Of a stretch of 43,315 nucleotides of DNA, positions 11,601 through 23,600 are shown one piece after another. The notes beneath the pieces are model-generated. The model did no database searches and was not told the DNA's origin. It saw only the letters and a list, made by a program, of their open reading frames with translations. The DNA is from Phoronis australis (Eukaryota; Animalia; Phoronida): positions 103,828 through 147,142 of the forward strand of contig NMRA01000784.1 of assembly GCA_002633005.1 (NCBI GenBank), given 5' to 3'. The translations under genes and the position numbers were made by a program. Within the stretch, counting starts at the first letter, position 1. Every line of letters starts with the position of its first letter.

Positions 11601-14600
11601 TTTCTTAGTACTGTAGTCACACCGTGACACGTGGGTCCTCACAATAGTATAAAGGTTAGCTGTTGGAGCGAAGAAGCCCTTGGTAATTAAGAAAAGTGAT
11701 GTTCTGACGAACATAAATTCAGCAAAAACAAATCTAGCTCCAGGGCTAGTGGATTACATAGTAATACACTTACATTCTCAAATAAGGTGATGATTTGTTA
11801 CTGATGTGAGACGTTTCAACCGATTCGATACCCGAAGAGTATTTGAATAAAAACTCAGTCCGTCCATATCAATATTTTATAATGTGTGACAACCTTCATT
11901 TGCGCCTGACTTTGCAATTTTGTACCCCACCAGAATCAGCTTCGTACTGGACTAATGGGTGCTTAACATGTTTAGACTTGTGGATAGGTAAGCTAGAATT
12001 GGCCTGAACTTTCGTCCTTGTGTGTCAGCAGCATTCTTAAAAGCACGTCCTTCTCTGACGTCAAGGCCATATCGGGGGTGCTATGAAAACGGACAGCCAT
12101 GGTATCACATAGTGTTATGGTGAGCATTGTCGAGTATGTGCCGTCTGTGTAATTTACTACTAACGCCTCAGCCTCTTTCTTTCAAATAAATGTCAGCTCA
12201 TTGTAGAGCACTTTAAATTTCTCTATGAAAGAAATGCTGAAACTTCAAACGGGGTTCGCGCTTGAAGGATCCAAAGACCCGATTTCGGTTGCAATTTACG
12301 AAACATTAAAACACACTTTGAAGTAGAACTGCACTTACGTTGAGTCGTATCCAGTCTTCTTGGTCGTCCTTACGTTGTATCCAAGCGCAAAATCCCTTAT
12401 TGAAATTACACGAGACCGCAGTAACTGAAATACATAAACACTAGCTACGAAGTGTCGCTTCTCTAGATTTAATATATCAAACTTGCGAAAACAAATAAGC
12501 TGTCCTAGTCTTCTGTGAAAAAATCAACGACTGTCTAAATGTATGCTACATGATCTGAAATCTTTAAAGATGTTGTCACATATACTCTCACGTTTACCAA
12601 AACTGGCATTCCACGTTACAACTGCGGTCAATAACCATTTTCTTATTGTACCCACTGTAATAACCACTGTGGCAATGACCTTGGAGACCACGTTTGATTA
12701 CGATATTTTGTTTCCGAAAGTAATATTTGGAAAAAGTGCTAATCGAATAAATGGAGANCTGTTATGGAATTTACAACATTAGATATTTGTTTTATCTGCG
12801 ATTAGACTATGGAAAGAGATTTGGCGTTGATTTGTATTCAAGGGCAATTGTTAGCGTATCCTCTAACTGTGCTGCATGTGCGAAGCTGGCGTGCTCAAAT
12901 AATTTAAAGTGTATGACCCGAAATTAGCAAGTCTCTGATTACCCGCTAGCCAAGGTGTTTCCATGATGGTACTGTCGCCCTGGCTGCCGCCGGAAGCCTC
13001 TGCGTACACGTAGCTGGAGTTATCTGGTCCACCGTCCGGACCGGTGTATGAGGAAGGCGTCTGTCCCTGAAATTCGAAGCGTCAGTACCATCAAGAATGC
13101 TTCGATGCTCTTTGGCAAGAAAGTTCCTATACTCAAAAGTTGAAAACTCAATATGAAGTATCGACCTTTCGCGTGCCGTAAGGTAACTTTTGGTATGACC
13201 TAAATCTTTCTGTCAGTTCCTACTAGTGTGTATTACAAGTATTTTACGTACTCTCAGTCAATGGCAAATAAGTCAATCCTAGGAGTGTTGTAGCAGCGAC
13301 TTAACGGTTTCCTAGGTGACCAGCCAAACCTATCTATTTCTTGGTACCGTAGTCACACCGTGACACGTGGGTCCTCACAATAGTATAAAGGTTAGTTGCT
13401 GGAGCAAAGAAGTCCTTGGTAATTTAGAAAAGTGATGTTTTGACGAACATAAATTCAGCAAAAACAAATCTGGCTCCACGGCTAGTGGATTACATAGTAA
13501 TACACTTACATTCTCAAATAAAGCGATGATTTGATATGTGAGATTTTCAACCGATTCGATGCCCCAAGAGTATTTGAATAAAAACTCAGTCCGTCCATAT
13601 CAATATTTTATAATGTGTGACAACCGTCATTTGCGCCTGACTTTGGAACTTTGTACTCCAACAGAATCAGCTTCGTACTGGACTAATAAGTGCTTAACAT
13701 GTTTAGATTTTTGGATAGGTAAGCTAGAGTTGGCCTGAACTTTCGTCCTTGTGTGTCAGCAGCATGCTTAAAAGCACGTCCTTCTCTGACGTCAAGGTCA
13801 TATCGGGCGTGCTATGCAAACGGACAGCCATGGTACCACATAGTGTTATTGTGAGAATTGTCGAGTATGTGTCGCCTGTGTAATTTACTACTAACGCTTC
13901 AGCCTATTTCTTTCAAATAAATGCCAGCTCATTGTAGGGCACTTTAAATTTGAATTCTCTATGAAAGACATGCTGAAACTTCAAACGGGGTTCCCGCTTG
14001 AAGGATTCAAAGACCCGATTTTGGTTCCATTTTATGAAACATTAAAACACACTTTGAAGTAGAAGTGCACTTACGTTGAGTCGTATCCAGTCTTCTTGGT
14101 CGTCCTTACGTTGTATCCAAGCACAAAGTCCTTTATTGAAATTACACGAGACCGCAGTAACTGAAATACATAAACACTAGCTACGAAGTGTCGCTTCTCT
14201 AGATTTATTATATTTAACGTGCGAAAACAAATAAGCTGTCCTAGTCTTCTGTGAAAAAATCAACGACTGTCTAAATGTACATGTATGCTACATGATCTGA
14301 AATCGGTAAAGAGGTTGTCACATATACTCTCACGTTTACCAAAACTGGCATTCCACGTTACAACTGCGGTCAATAACCATTTTCTTATTGTGCCCACTGT
14401 AATAACCACGGTGGCAATGACTTTGGAGACCACGTTTGATTACGGTATTTTGTTTCCGAAAGTAATATTTGGAAAAAGTGCTAATCGAATTAATGGAGAT
14501 GATGATTTAAAGAAATGAGCAATGCGAAGCTTAAGTGTCTTTCAGTAACTATCGACACAATATAGGCCAACATTCTTCCACGATCGCCTAGTTGCATACT

Positions 14601-17600
14601 TCAAAAACAGATAAAGTAGACTTTCAAAAATGTATCTAGTTGTTAGGAGAGACTTCAACACTGTGAAATGTTACACTTTGAGATCGCTCTAACTAACCGC
14701 TATTCCTGACGTCACATTTGGTTCCGGTGTAACCCTTGAAGCACTTGCAGACGCCTGTATTAATATCGCACGTGGAGGCGCTTCGTGGACACTTAAGACA
14801 TGGATCTGGATAAGAAACAAAACAACACAAGGCTGTTAGAATTTTGAATTCTACGTGATAATCCGATTTGTCCAAAGGAGACTCTCTCGGAAAGGAAAGT
14901 GGCACCAACTTGTATTGTACATGTATTTTGTTCTGGTAATCTTCCAATCAGGGGCTCTGCCTGCTCCACTGCACCTTGTATCTCCGTCAATAGATTTGTG
15001 TAAGAACTGATGTCGTAAGCAACTCCTATTATCACGAGCCCTGATCTGAGCTCCTTTTGTGTGGAGCAGGGCAGTTACGGCATTAGCCCTAACACCACCT
15101 TGTCTCACCTAGATTAGTTGTTGCTTTGACCGTGAAGAAAAATCCTTTCTTAGCTGAACCGCCGCCATGGGTGTTGAATATAAGCATCATCTCTTTTGCC
15201 TTGTGGTCCAAAAATGTATGCGCCTGGTGAGGGGCGCTCGTGTAACTACCGCAGTATCTGAATGTGAGAAAAAAAGAAAATAACTGTAAAATTTGTATTT
15301 TTACACCATGGCTTGAAAAAACGTAAGCATTATCGCTCGGAACTTGCAAATTCTGCTTATTCATTCCTGTAGCTGGAACAGCGTGTCTAATATTTTCTTC
15401 TGAGGTCTTTTAGTCCGAGATCACTGCTATTAAAAATGAAGACGTCTACGAAAAATCCGGAAGTATTCAAATTTGGCCGCTAAGACGCATTAAAAAAATC
15501 TTACAGGCGATTTTGTTGTAAATGAAATATATAAAGAGATTGTACGAGTTTCAGACAACTTTTTCGTGTTGGTGAACGTTACGAGGTCTCCATAAAAACA
15601 TTACTTTCCAAACAAAAGAAAAAATCATTACCGCCTGAGCACAAAATTTCAGGCACCACGGCATGTTTCTTAAGCCATTCTTTACTTCTGGGTTAAAAAC
15701 AAAATTATGGAATTATTTAAAGAAATGTCACCCTCGGTAGTAAGTTAATAGTGCTCCCGGAGCACGTATCTCTTGTGGCAACGGGTTTAAAAGATCACAA
15801 CAGACATTTGTGAGTGGGACCCGCTACATAACCAACGTCCGAGAATGACGCTACTCACTTTATTCCCGTTTGACCAATCAGGTTCGCGCTGACTTCCAAA
15901 GTGTGAACACACTGGTCAGAAAGGCGGTCAGAATCAACCTCAAAGTCGTTGACCTTGATGATTATGCCACTGTTCGGCTTCTGTGGGCCCTGTAAATATT
16001 TTAAGCATTTTTATCACCTATTGGGAATAATAACAGCCAGGAGCTGTAGCATTTCCACATCTGCGACATGTAATCAAGAATCCTGTAAATGTTAAAACTT
16101 CCAGCCAGGATATACACACGACAACAAGGTGTCTCATGTATTCGTCAAAAGACCACCAGTTTTCCAAATATCATTTGAACAACATTTTCCACTCATGTAT
16201 ATACCAAACCAGTGATGACCACAGGGATATGTTAATTTTGTTCAAATTCACCTTGATGACGTAGACGCATATTTTGTTGAGATCGTAGTTCCGTGGATAA
16301 TTGGGGCTTTTTATCGTCACTGTAGCGCCCTCTGTTTTTAAGTCATAAACACCACCGCAAGCTGGAAAGTCTATAAAATAAACAATGGACGATGTTTAAA
16401 GAATGAGAACAGGAAATGTTATCAGCGAATCGCATTTACAAACTGCGTAACATGCGTATTTTGTTCAGCTGACATCAACGTCACGTGAAATCGTTTGCTT
16501 ACCAGAAAAGGTGCGGTCTATCTGTCGGCAGTCACCTGTCAAACCTCGTGGACATCGGCACATGCACGTGCCATTCGGACGCCTGAACGGATATCCATGA
16601 CCGTAACACGGACCGTTGCAGCCTCCTGTAAATATAGGTCCAAGTCTTAAGGGACTGTTATAAGAGGAAGACACAAATTCCGTCATTTATCGAGGAAATC
16701 ATTCAGCTATAGAATTGACCAATAGGAATTGATTGGCTTTGTTACTAATTCAATGTTGCATCGCCAACAATCTAGGAAATAGTGAATGTGATGCAGTCAG
16801 GAAGAGTTTCGGCGAAGCTGAAGATTTTTCGAGAATGGATTCAGTAAAGCTGCGATTAGTAAGAGATTCAAAACGTGAAAAAATGACTTAGGACACTTAA
16901 CGAAAATAAATCTGGTCTTCGTAGGATCCTTGAAAAAATGTTCCGAATAGGGAAACTTCGACTCAGAAATGGTGATCAGATTCTAATGAAAGTTTAATTT
17001 GCAAATGCTTTATGGAGTGTTCTATAAGACGTTGTTAGGAATTACCTCTAAAATACTTCACTTTTGTATGAATGTTATCAATGATTAGGATTTTATAATT
17101 TTTGTGAAAAATATCAAAAGCTGCATTAAACGATATCGAAGGTATACATGTAATTTAGAAACTTGCAACGGCATTTTTGAGATTTAATTTTGAGCGTTTG
17201 TATCAAACGAAATTTTGTCAAATTATTGATACCGTTATTCTGCTATGGATGTACTTTCTGTTTTAATAAGCTTTACTAAGGATGTGGTCACGTGATGACA
17301 GGTTAGTATTCGGTCGAAACTCACTTTCAGAGGCTTTCTACATGTACTTTCAGTTTGAGTTAAAAAAATCCACAGTTTTGTAGTAGATACTTGACTAAAT
17401 ACACAGAATAAGGTTCTGCATAAATAACTTATACAACCGACAAGGAATCGGCTAAACTACAGAAGCGCCACCTCCCGGTCAAATTTTGATCAAGTCATAG
17501 AGTTTCTTGACGACACTGTTGAGGTACAGTAATATGTTTTGGTAGTGTTATTATAACTTTGTAATTCATGTGTTCTACCAGCCAACGGAGCTTCTTTAGT

Positions 17601-20600
17601 AGATCACATTAATTTGCTCCTTGTTTTAGATGGGTTTCTAGACTGTAGGAGAACTGACAGTTGGTTGTTGCATGAGATCAGGTCTATACGCTGGATTGTC
17701 ATGACGTGTCATGACGTAACGAGTATACAGTAGTCTCAACCAAACTCACGCCACAGTCACCTTTTCCATATCCCAACGACCTGAGTAAGGATAAGGACGA
17801 GAAAACTTGTTTGCTGAGAGTGGTTTAAATCACAGTTGTTGTTTTCCCATAGATGGGTTTAGGCCTGCTTTAATTGTTGTGTTCAGATGAAGAAAATCTC
17901 ATTTTTGCCGCCAGATGGCGTCTCATGCGCCATCCACGTCGTATCGGCTGTCCAGTTGGTATACAGAAATGCCGGTCGACTTACGAGAACAGTTGTAGAG
18001 TATATTGGCTGCCTTAGCGTCATAGAATGTCAGTCCTGCTCGATTTCCAGCCAAAAACGATAGCTCTCGAGTTTTCACTTCGATTGTCGGCAGTCCGTTG
18101 ATAGAAAACCCCTGCGAAACACAAGACATGTATAAATGCATGTTAGTTTAAAGTATGCATCTGCTTTAAGATTAGCAAATGCAATCGCGAAACCCATAAG
18201 TGTTATACGCTGCAACATGTCGCGGTGAATGCTGAGACACCATGCGGCTTATTGTAACACGTTTTATTTTGAATCGTCTGTGTTCGTGACATCGCTATAA
18301 CCCGTAAAGGAATAAAAAAGTAAATGAATGTAGTCATCTGAATCGACACGAGTGACAGCGCTACCCACGGGCGCGAATGACACGAATGACAGCGCTATCC
18401 ATGGGCATGACACGAGTGACCGCGCTATTTTGTTGCAGAGAAAATGTAAGTTTGTTGTTTAAAAAAGTTTCCGTAATCCAAACTTTGTTGTAGGAGTTAT
18501 TTTACCAGAACTCTATCAGTTTACTCGGGTATGTTGCGCATGGGCACGCAGAACTTCGACGACACATTCTTACCCAAGCATACATGTACGTACCACAAGA
18601 CTGTAATGCATATCGCTCTCCAAGTCATACTCCACCTCCACAGATGTGCTCTGCTTTTTAAAATTTTTCGTGGCATGGCTGGCGATGTTCTCCCATACAA
18701 TTTTGACAAAGTCGTCCCGGTCACTTCTCGACTGTTCGTGCAGGAAACCAATGGCGTGCCCGAGCTCGTGCGCAATGACGCCTTTCTGCAGTGGGTAAAT
18801 GTGTAGATGAATAGACATTATTCTAGGTTCCACTGGGTTTAACGTTAGGAACCGTGTTTTTGCTTTCTCTTCACTCCTGGAATTGTGAACATGGTTCCAG
18901 GTTTCATGCAAAAGGAGCCATGTTATTCAAACTTCTATTTTGTAACACTGCAAGATGGAGGATGCAGTACATGGTCCTGGTCAACTTAGCACTGGAACTT
19001 GGACAGCGTTCCTTGCAAAAGTTTGCAAAATCACGCAAATGACAAGGGTGTGTTTTGAGAGGAAGGCTCAGTATCTTAATAGCCTGTCCTGCAAAGGCGG
19101 TCTCTGAAGTGATTGGTCAGAGAGGTTGGAGAATTGAACTGTGAGATTAACTTCAGTATAATCACCATTCCATAAGTGTAGCTGTTTCGCCGCCACTGCA
19201 AGCTAATATCTAAATTGTGGTCTACGGAACTTAATATGTAACCACTTGTACAGATTTCGCTCTAATTATTCAATGGCATGAAACTTTAATGTCACGTAAT
19301 TAATAACACTTTCATTGCCTGGACATCGATGGTAAAAGATTTGCTTCTTTCCGAGGGAGACTGGTAAAGAAGCGCGGAAAGTGTCAGGGCACATTTGACC
19401 TATATAGCGACCTTTTGGCAGCGTAATCAGCAGCATGAAGAACGACGCTGCATCCAGCGTCAATATTCGACAGTGAGAGCACGAGCATGCTCCTTCCAGA
19501 TTTTAATCAAATGTAACCATGGTAATTTTGTCATAACAGACGTTAATATCATCGTAACCTGCAGGGAAACACACAAACCGAAAACACTCAGGCACTGAAT
19601 TCCTTGGAGCTTCTGCCACCAACCTAGACCTACAGCGCACAAAATATTGCAGGAATGGTCAATTCGCTGTGTATACTACTAGTGAAGGCAAATCGAGCTC
19701 TGATCAGGCAATCCATTTGGCACATTAGGCTATTCCAATACACACAATGCAAAATACCGTAATTTCTCTAACATTCCGTTCACAAATGTATGAAACTACT
19801 TTACTTTGACAGTTTTGTGCACTAATGTTTTGATTTCGTTTGGCGATAAACAAATCGAGTCGGGAGCACATTTTCAATCATAGGAGATGCCTACACAGTA
19901 GGCTTGGAAGTAACTGGCCAGTACTTACCGGTAATACCCGACCCAGTTAGACTCAAGTTCACTTGCCACGTCACTTCATTTGCCTAGCGTGGTCTCAGCC
20001 AATGGTCAACTGTTGGTTCTTAGCAAAATAGGAACAAAACTCACAAGCTAAGACCAATTAAAATTTTCGACGGAACCGCGTTTTTACCGCTATTACTGTA
20101 TAATTCTAATAAGTCAACCATGGGTGGACGTATGCATAAATTAATATATTCTAGAAGTCCACAATTCAGCATTTTGTTCTACTTTGTATGTTACATGAAT
20201 GCTGTACATTCACTAAGTACCTGTGAGAACAACAAAACACTCACAAGAATACATCCGGGTTCCTGTAAGTTAATCTTTTGACCACCGCCGATTCTTCCTA
20301 CCCACGAAGAGCACCTGCGAATCAGATATCTCGTAGTTTAAACATTCCTATGTATTTTCCCGCTGTCAGCGAGTTTGTTCTTGAGAAAATCATAGTCACG
20401 AAAATTATGAAGGCGGCGCAAACTAGGGGAGTTTCCCAGAAGGGGACTGTTTGGGACGGGCCTTTAACTCGAGCGTATATTATACCCAGTGTCAAGTAGT
20501 TGGGCTTGTGTTAGTTTGTAATTTCGCAAGTGCATCAGATATCACTCATGAGTGCCCAGGTAAGTATCGGTTCTTAGCCTGTCCCGGTTTTTGAATGGGC

Positions 20601-23600
20601 TGCGGCACTTGCCTACACGTATTATAGTAGGTTACAGTAGGGAATGGGCGTGTTCGAGAACGACAAAATTGCCATGAAAAATGAGATTAGATGCGAATGG
20701 AACAGTATTCATATCCGTTTAAAACCCTTTTTGTCTTAGGTTATTTTCACTAACGATTGTGTCTCGGAAAATTGACACAAACGTGGTTGAAGACAAAACT
20801 ACTTTTTGTTTCAGCTTAATATGGGCTTTAAATAATCTCCTATCTTCAGGCGTGAAGCTATGAAGCAAAACAACTTCTATGATCTATGTTTTAACGTTTT
20901 CTAATCGGTATTACAAGAAAAAGTTAGTTAGTTTATAAATTAACATATGTAACAGAGAAAGTATCTTTCATACAACATACCCTTTGCCTGTGCCGAGCTT
21001 GAGGTAGTCCACGTCACCAGAATTTCTTTCGGGAAATCGCAGACATGTTTCATTCTGCCAATGGTAGATTGCTTTCCAAATTTCGTCTTTGCTAACTTCA
21101 AATTGAAACTGGTGGTCACTGTCGTACTCCCACGGAACACGACCGTTTGCCCACGTTTTCCACACTTCCGTCATGGTCTTCCGTTTACTTATCGTATCAT
21201 TGAGCTAGGTAACGAACGTGAACAGACTTTGTTTCGCGAGAGTTGAGGTCTTTTGAAAGTGCATATCCATATTGGCTCAGAAATCTTGAAAAAGACGGAT
21301 CTACCAGCCTACATACCGGGCTTGGTTGTTCAAAACCCATAGGGGTTAATAAAGCAATTATCTTCCCAACTAGGGCCCTAAACCCATTCGTGTTTAATTA
21401 TACAGTCCAACTGGGATAGTTGTATGACTAAGAGCACGACTCGCAAAGAACTACGACACACATGATTTACAACCGCCCGCCAATTTAAGCCACTAATGGG
21501 AACTAGTTAACCCCTCCAAGCCCAAAATGATCAAACATTGGTCTAAATATTTTCACGCTACGATAGCTATTAGTTTTTACAGCTTGATTCGGTCTGAAAA
21601 TAACTGGCATTTGATACAAAGCGACTGAATCTTGGTAGGAAGTTGCCAACTTTGTTCAACTTTGCAATTTTCTGTTTGACAGTGAGAACCATCTTCTATC
21701 ATAACGCTGAAAGAACGCAGGAATATTGGGTGATCAGCTCCACCTACAGTGTATGTGTATTGTGTCTGCTTTAGTGAATGGAGGGGCTGTGAGTCAGAGT
21801 AAGGTGGCACTGAACAGTTAGGCTGCAGTTGTGGCCATTTTGCCAAAATAATAAAATCTAGGGGTAGGCCAGGCTTGGGTGCATTTTTAGTTAAGCATTG
21901 TATGTAGGCCAAGTGAATGCGGTTTGTTTGTATTAGTGAACATGCTGAGAATAAAAAGACCACTTTCTCGGCTGTAGCTGCACTCTTATTCGAGATGGCG
22001 GCCCCCGGTTGCAATTGTGCATTGCTGTGTAGCAACTGAGAAATTGGCCGCGATTTCAGGTGGCAGATTTGCAAAAAACTAGTTGGTTGACAGTACTTTT
22101 GAACCACATTTTTGGAATCGGAAGGAAATTTGCTTTCGGAATCTAATGTTGGCTTTAGTCGAGCACCGGCAGGGAAGTGGTGGTTTTTTGCCCTTATTTT
22201 TCCTAGTCTAGCTTGGTGTTCAGTAGGGTGAAAGGGACAAAAATACAAGAGAGAATAAAGTTTCTGCACTCATCTGTAATGCTTGTGATGTGAAATGACC
22301 CAAAATTCTTCTTTATTTGCATGCAGTTTTTGACAGAGTGAAGAAAGAGTTACGAATCCATTGACGTGTGTTCTGATAGGCAAACCTCTGTGAAAACTGT
22401 TCTGTGCCTTCTAAGGAAGAAAGGCTCCGGGGCACCTCGTGAAACTGGATGATCAGCGCCACCTATACATGTCTGTTGTTGTCGGAGCTTAGGACTGAGT
22501 ACCAGAATGTTGGCAGCGTTAGTAGGGCGATTAAGCAATTCGGCTATGCGGTCATAATTATACGTTGCATTTTATTGACGCAAGTACAAAGGCTTTATAG
22601 TGTACCTTGACTCTCTTCTCACTCTCCAACCCAAGGAATACTTTCTGCGCATGCGTAAATTTGAGCTCCTCCAGAGTCTCGTCAGGATTGGGAGATTGGT
22701 TGGATATTTCCTGTTGCTCCATCAGCGGTTGGCTCTGTGTATGAGTAATGTCCATGCCTTGATACACGTACTTGCTGCAGTTTTTGAAATCCTAACTTTT
22801 GCGTATGATGTTACACTAGGTGGACTGGATTGTTATCGAAAATCATATTGCTACAAGATGGATTCAATGAGTAGGACAGCCGCAGAAAACAACGGTTTTT
22901 ATGCTGTGATTTTATGATTCAGCATGATAGTTTAGGCGACACGACACCCTCTGAAACAGATGTGTTAAATAGATTCGACCTTTCAACATTCTGAAGTAGA
23001 ACAGACATGGAGTTTCCTCGATCAATTTAACAAGGATTGACCAGAAAACCTGACCCCTTAGTTGAAAGCATTACATCCCGATATTGTGATTTTTGTATCG
23101 TTTTAGCGCTGCTATTTACAACAGTTTTTAGTCTGGTTAGCTCGCCACCTATTGGTAACATCACGTAACTCATTAAAATGCATAAAGGCCTAAGTATGAA
23201 AACCTTTCTACCCCCGAGCGAGACTAGAACACGGGACCTTCTGTTTATCGTGCAGAGGCTCTAGTCTGCTGAGCCATAGGCACCATGCAACAGTGGAACT
23301 CAGCAATCCAATTGGACTTAGCATTGCATCATGCTTTTCATCTCCTGGATGTATCTGAATTTACTGTATAAATCTAAAATATCGCTGTAACGTAGATTGG
23401 GAAAGATCTCTTTTCAGACTTATTCATTAGGTCACGTGATGTTGCCAAAGGGTGGCGTGCTGGCCAGACACAAAAATGTTTGCAATGTATGTTTCGACGC
23501 CGGTTTGAGTTTACATATTCACATATTCTATAAATAGTCTGTTGACTTAAATTAGCTGTTAGTGTTCATGGGCACAGTTGTTCGGCCGTGAATATTACCT

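Larger units (their letters stand above)
11001..14499. repeat. Direct duplication of about 1.75 kb (11001-12757 and 12759-14499) joined by a single N
   Basis: Both copies start ctgttatggaatttacaa and end aatggaga; N at 12758 lies exactly at the junction; scattered substitutions and indels between copies. Confidence 0.95.

Noticed and set aside
12543-14518. Duplicated plus-strand ORFs MLHDLKS... (12543-12782 and 14285-14518) as paralogous small genes
   Set aside because: Antisense intronic ORFs that recur only because of the 1.75 kb duplication; no motif support.
16361-16370. Tandem in-frame acceptors (16361 vs 16370; also 10198 vs 10204) as regulated alternative splicing
   Set aside because: Both options are possible from sequence alone and would change only 2-3 linker residues; no evidence of use.
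21577-22269. 230-aa minus-strand ORF inside the astacin gene
   Set aside because: No recognisable domain, not needed for frame continuity, GTG start, and it shares a repeated gatcagc.ccaccta motif (about 21732 and 22451) suggesting non-coding repeat DNA.
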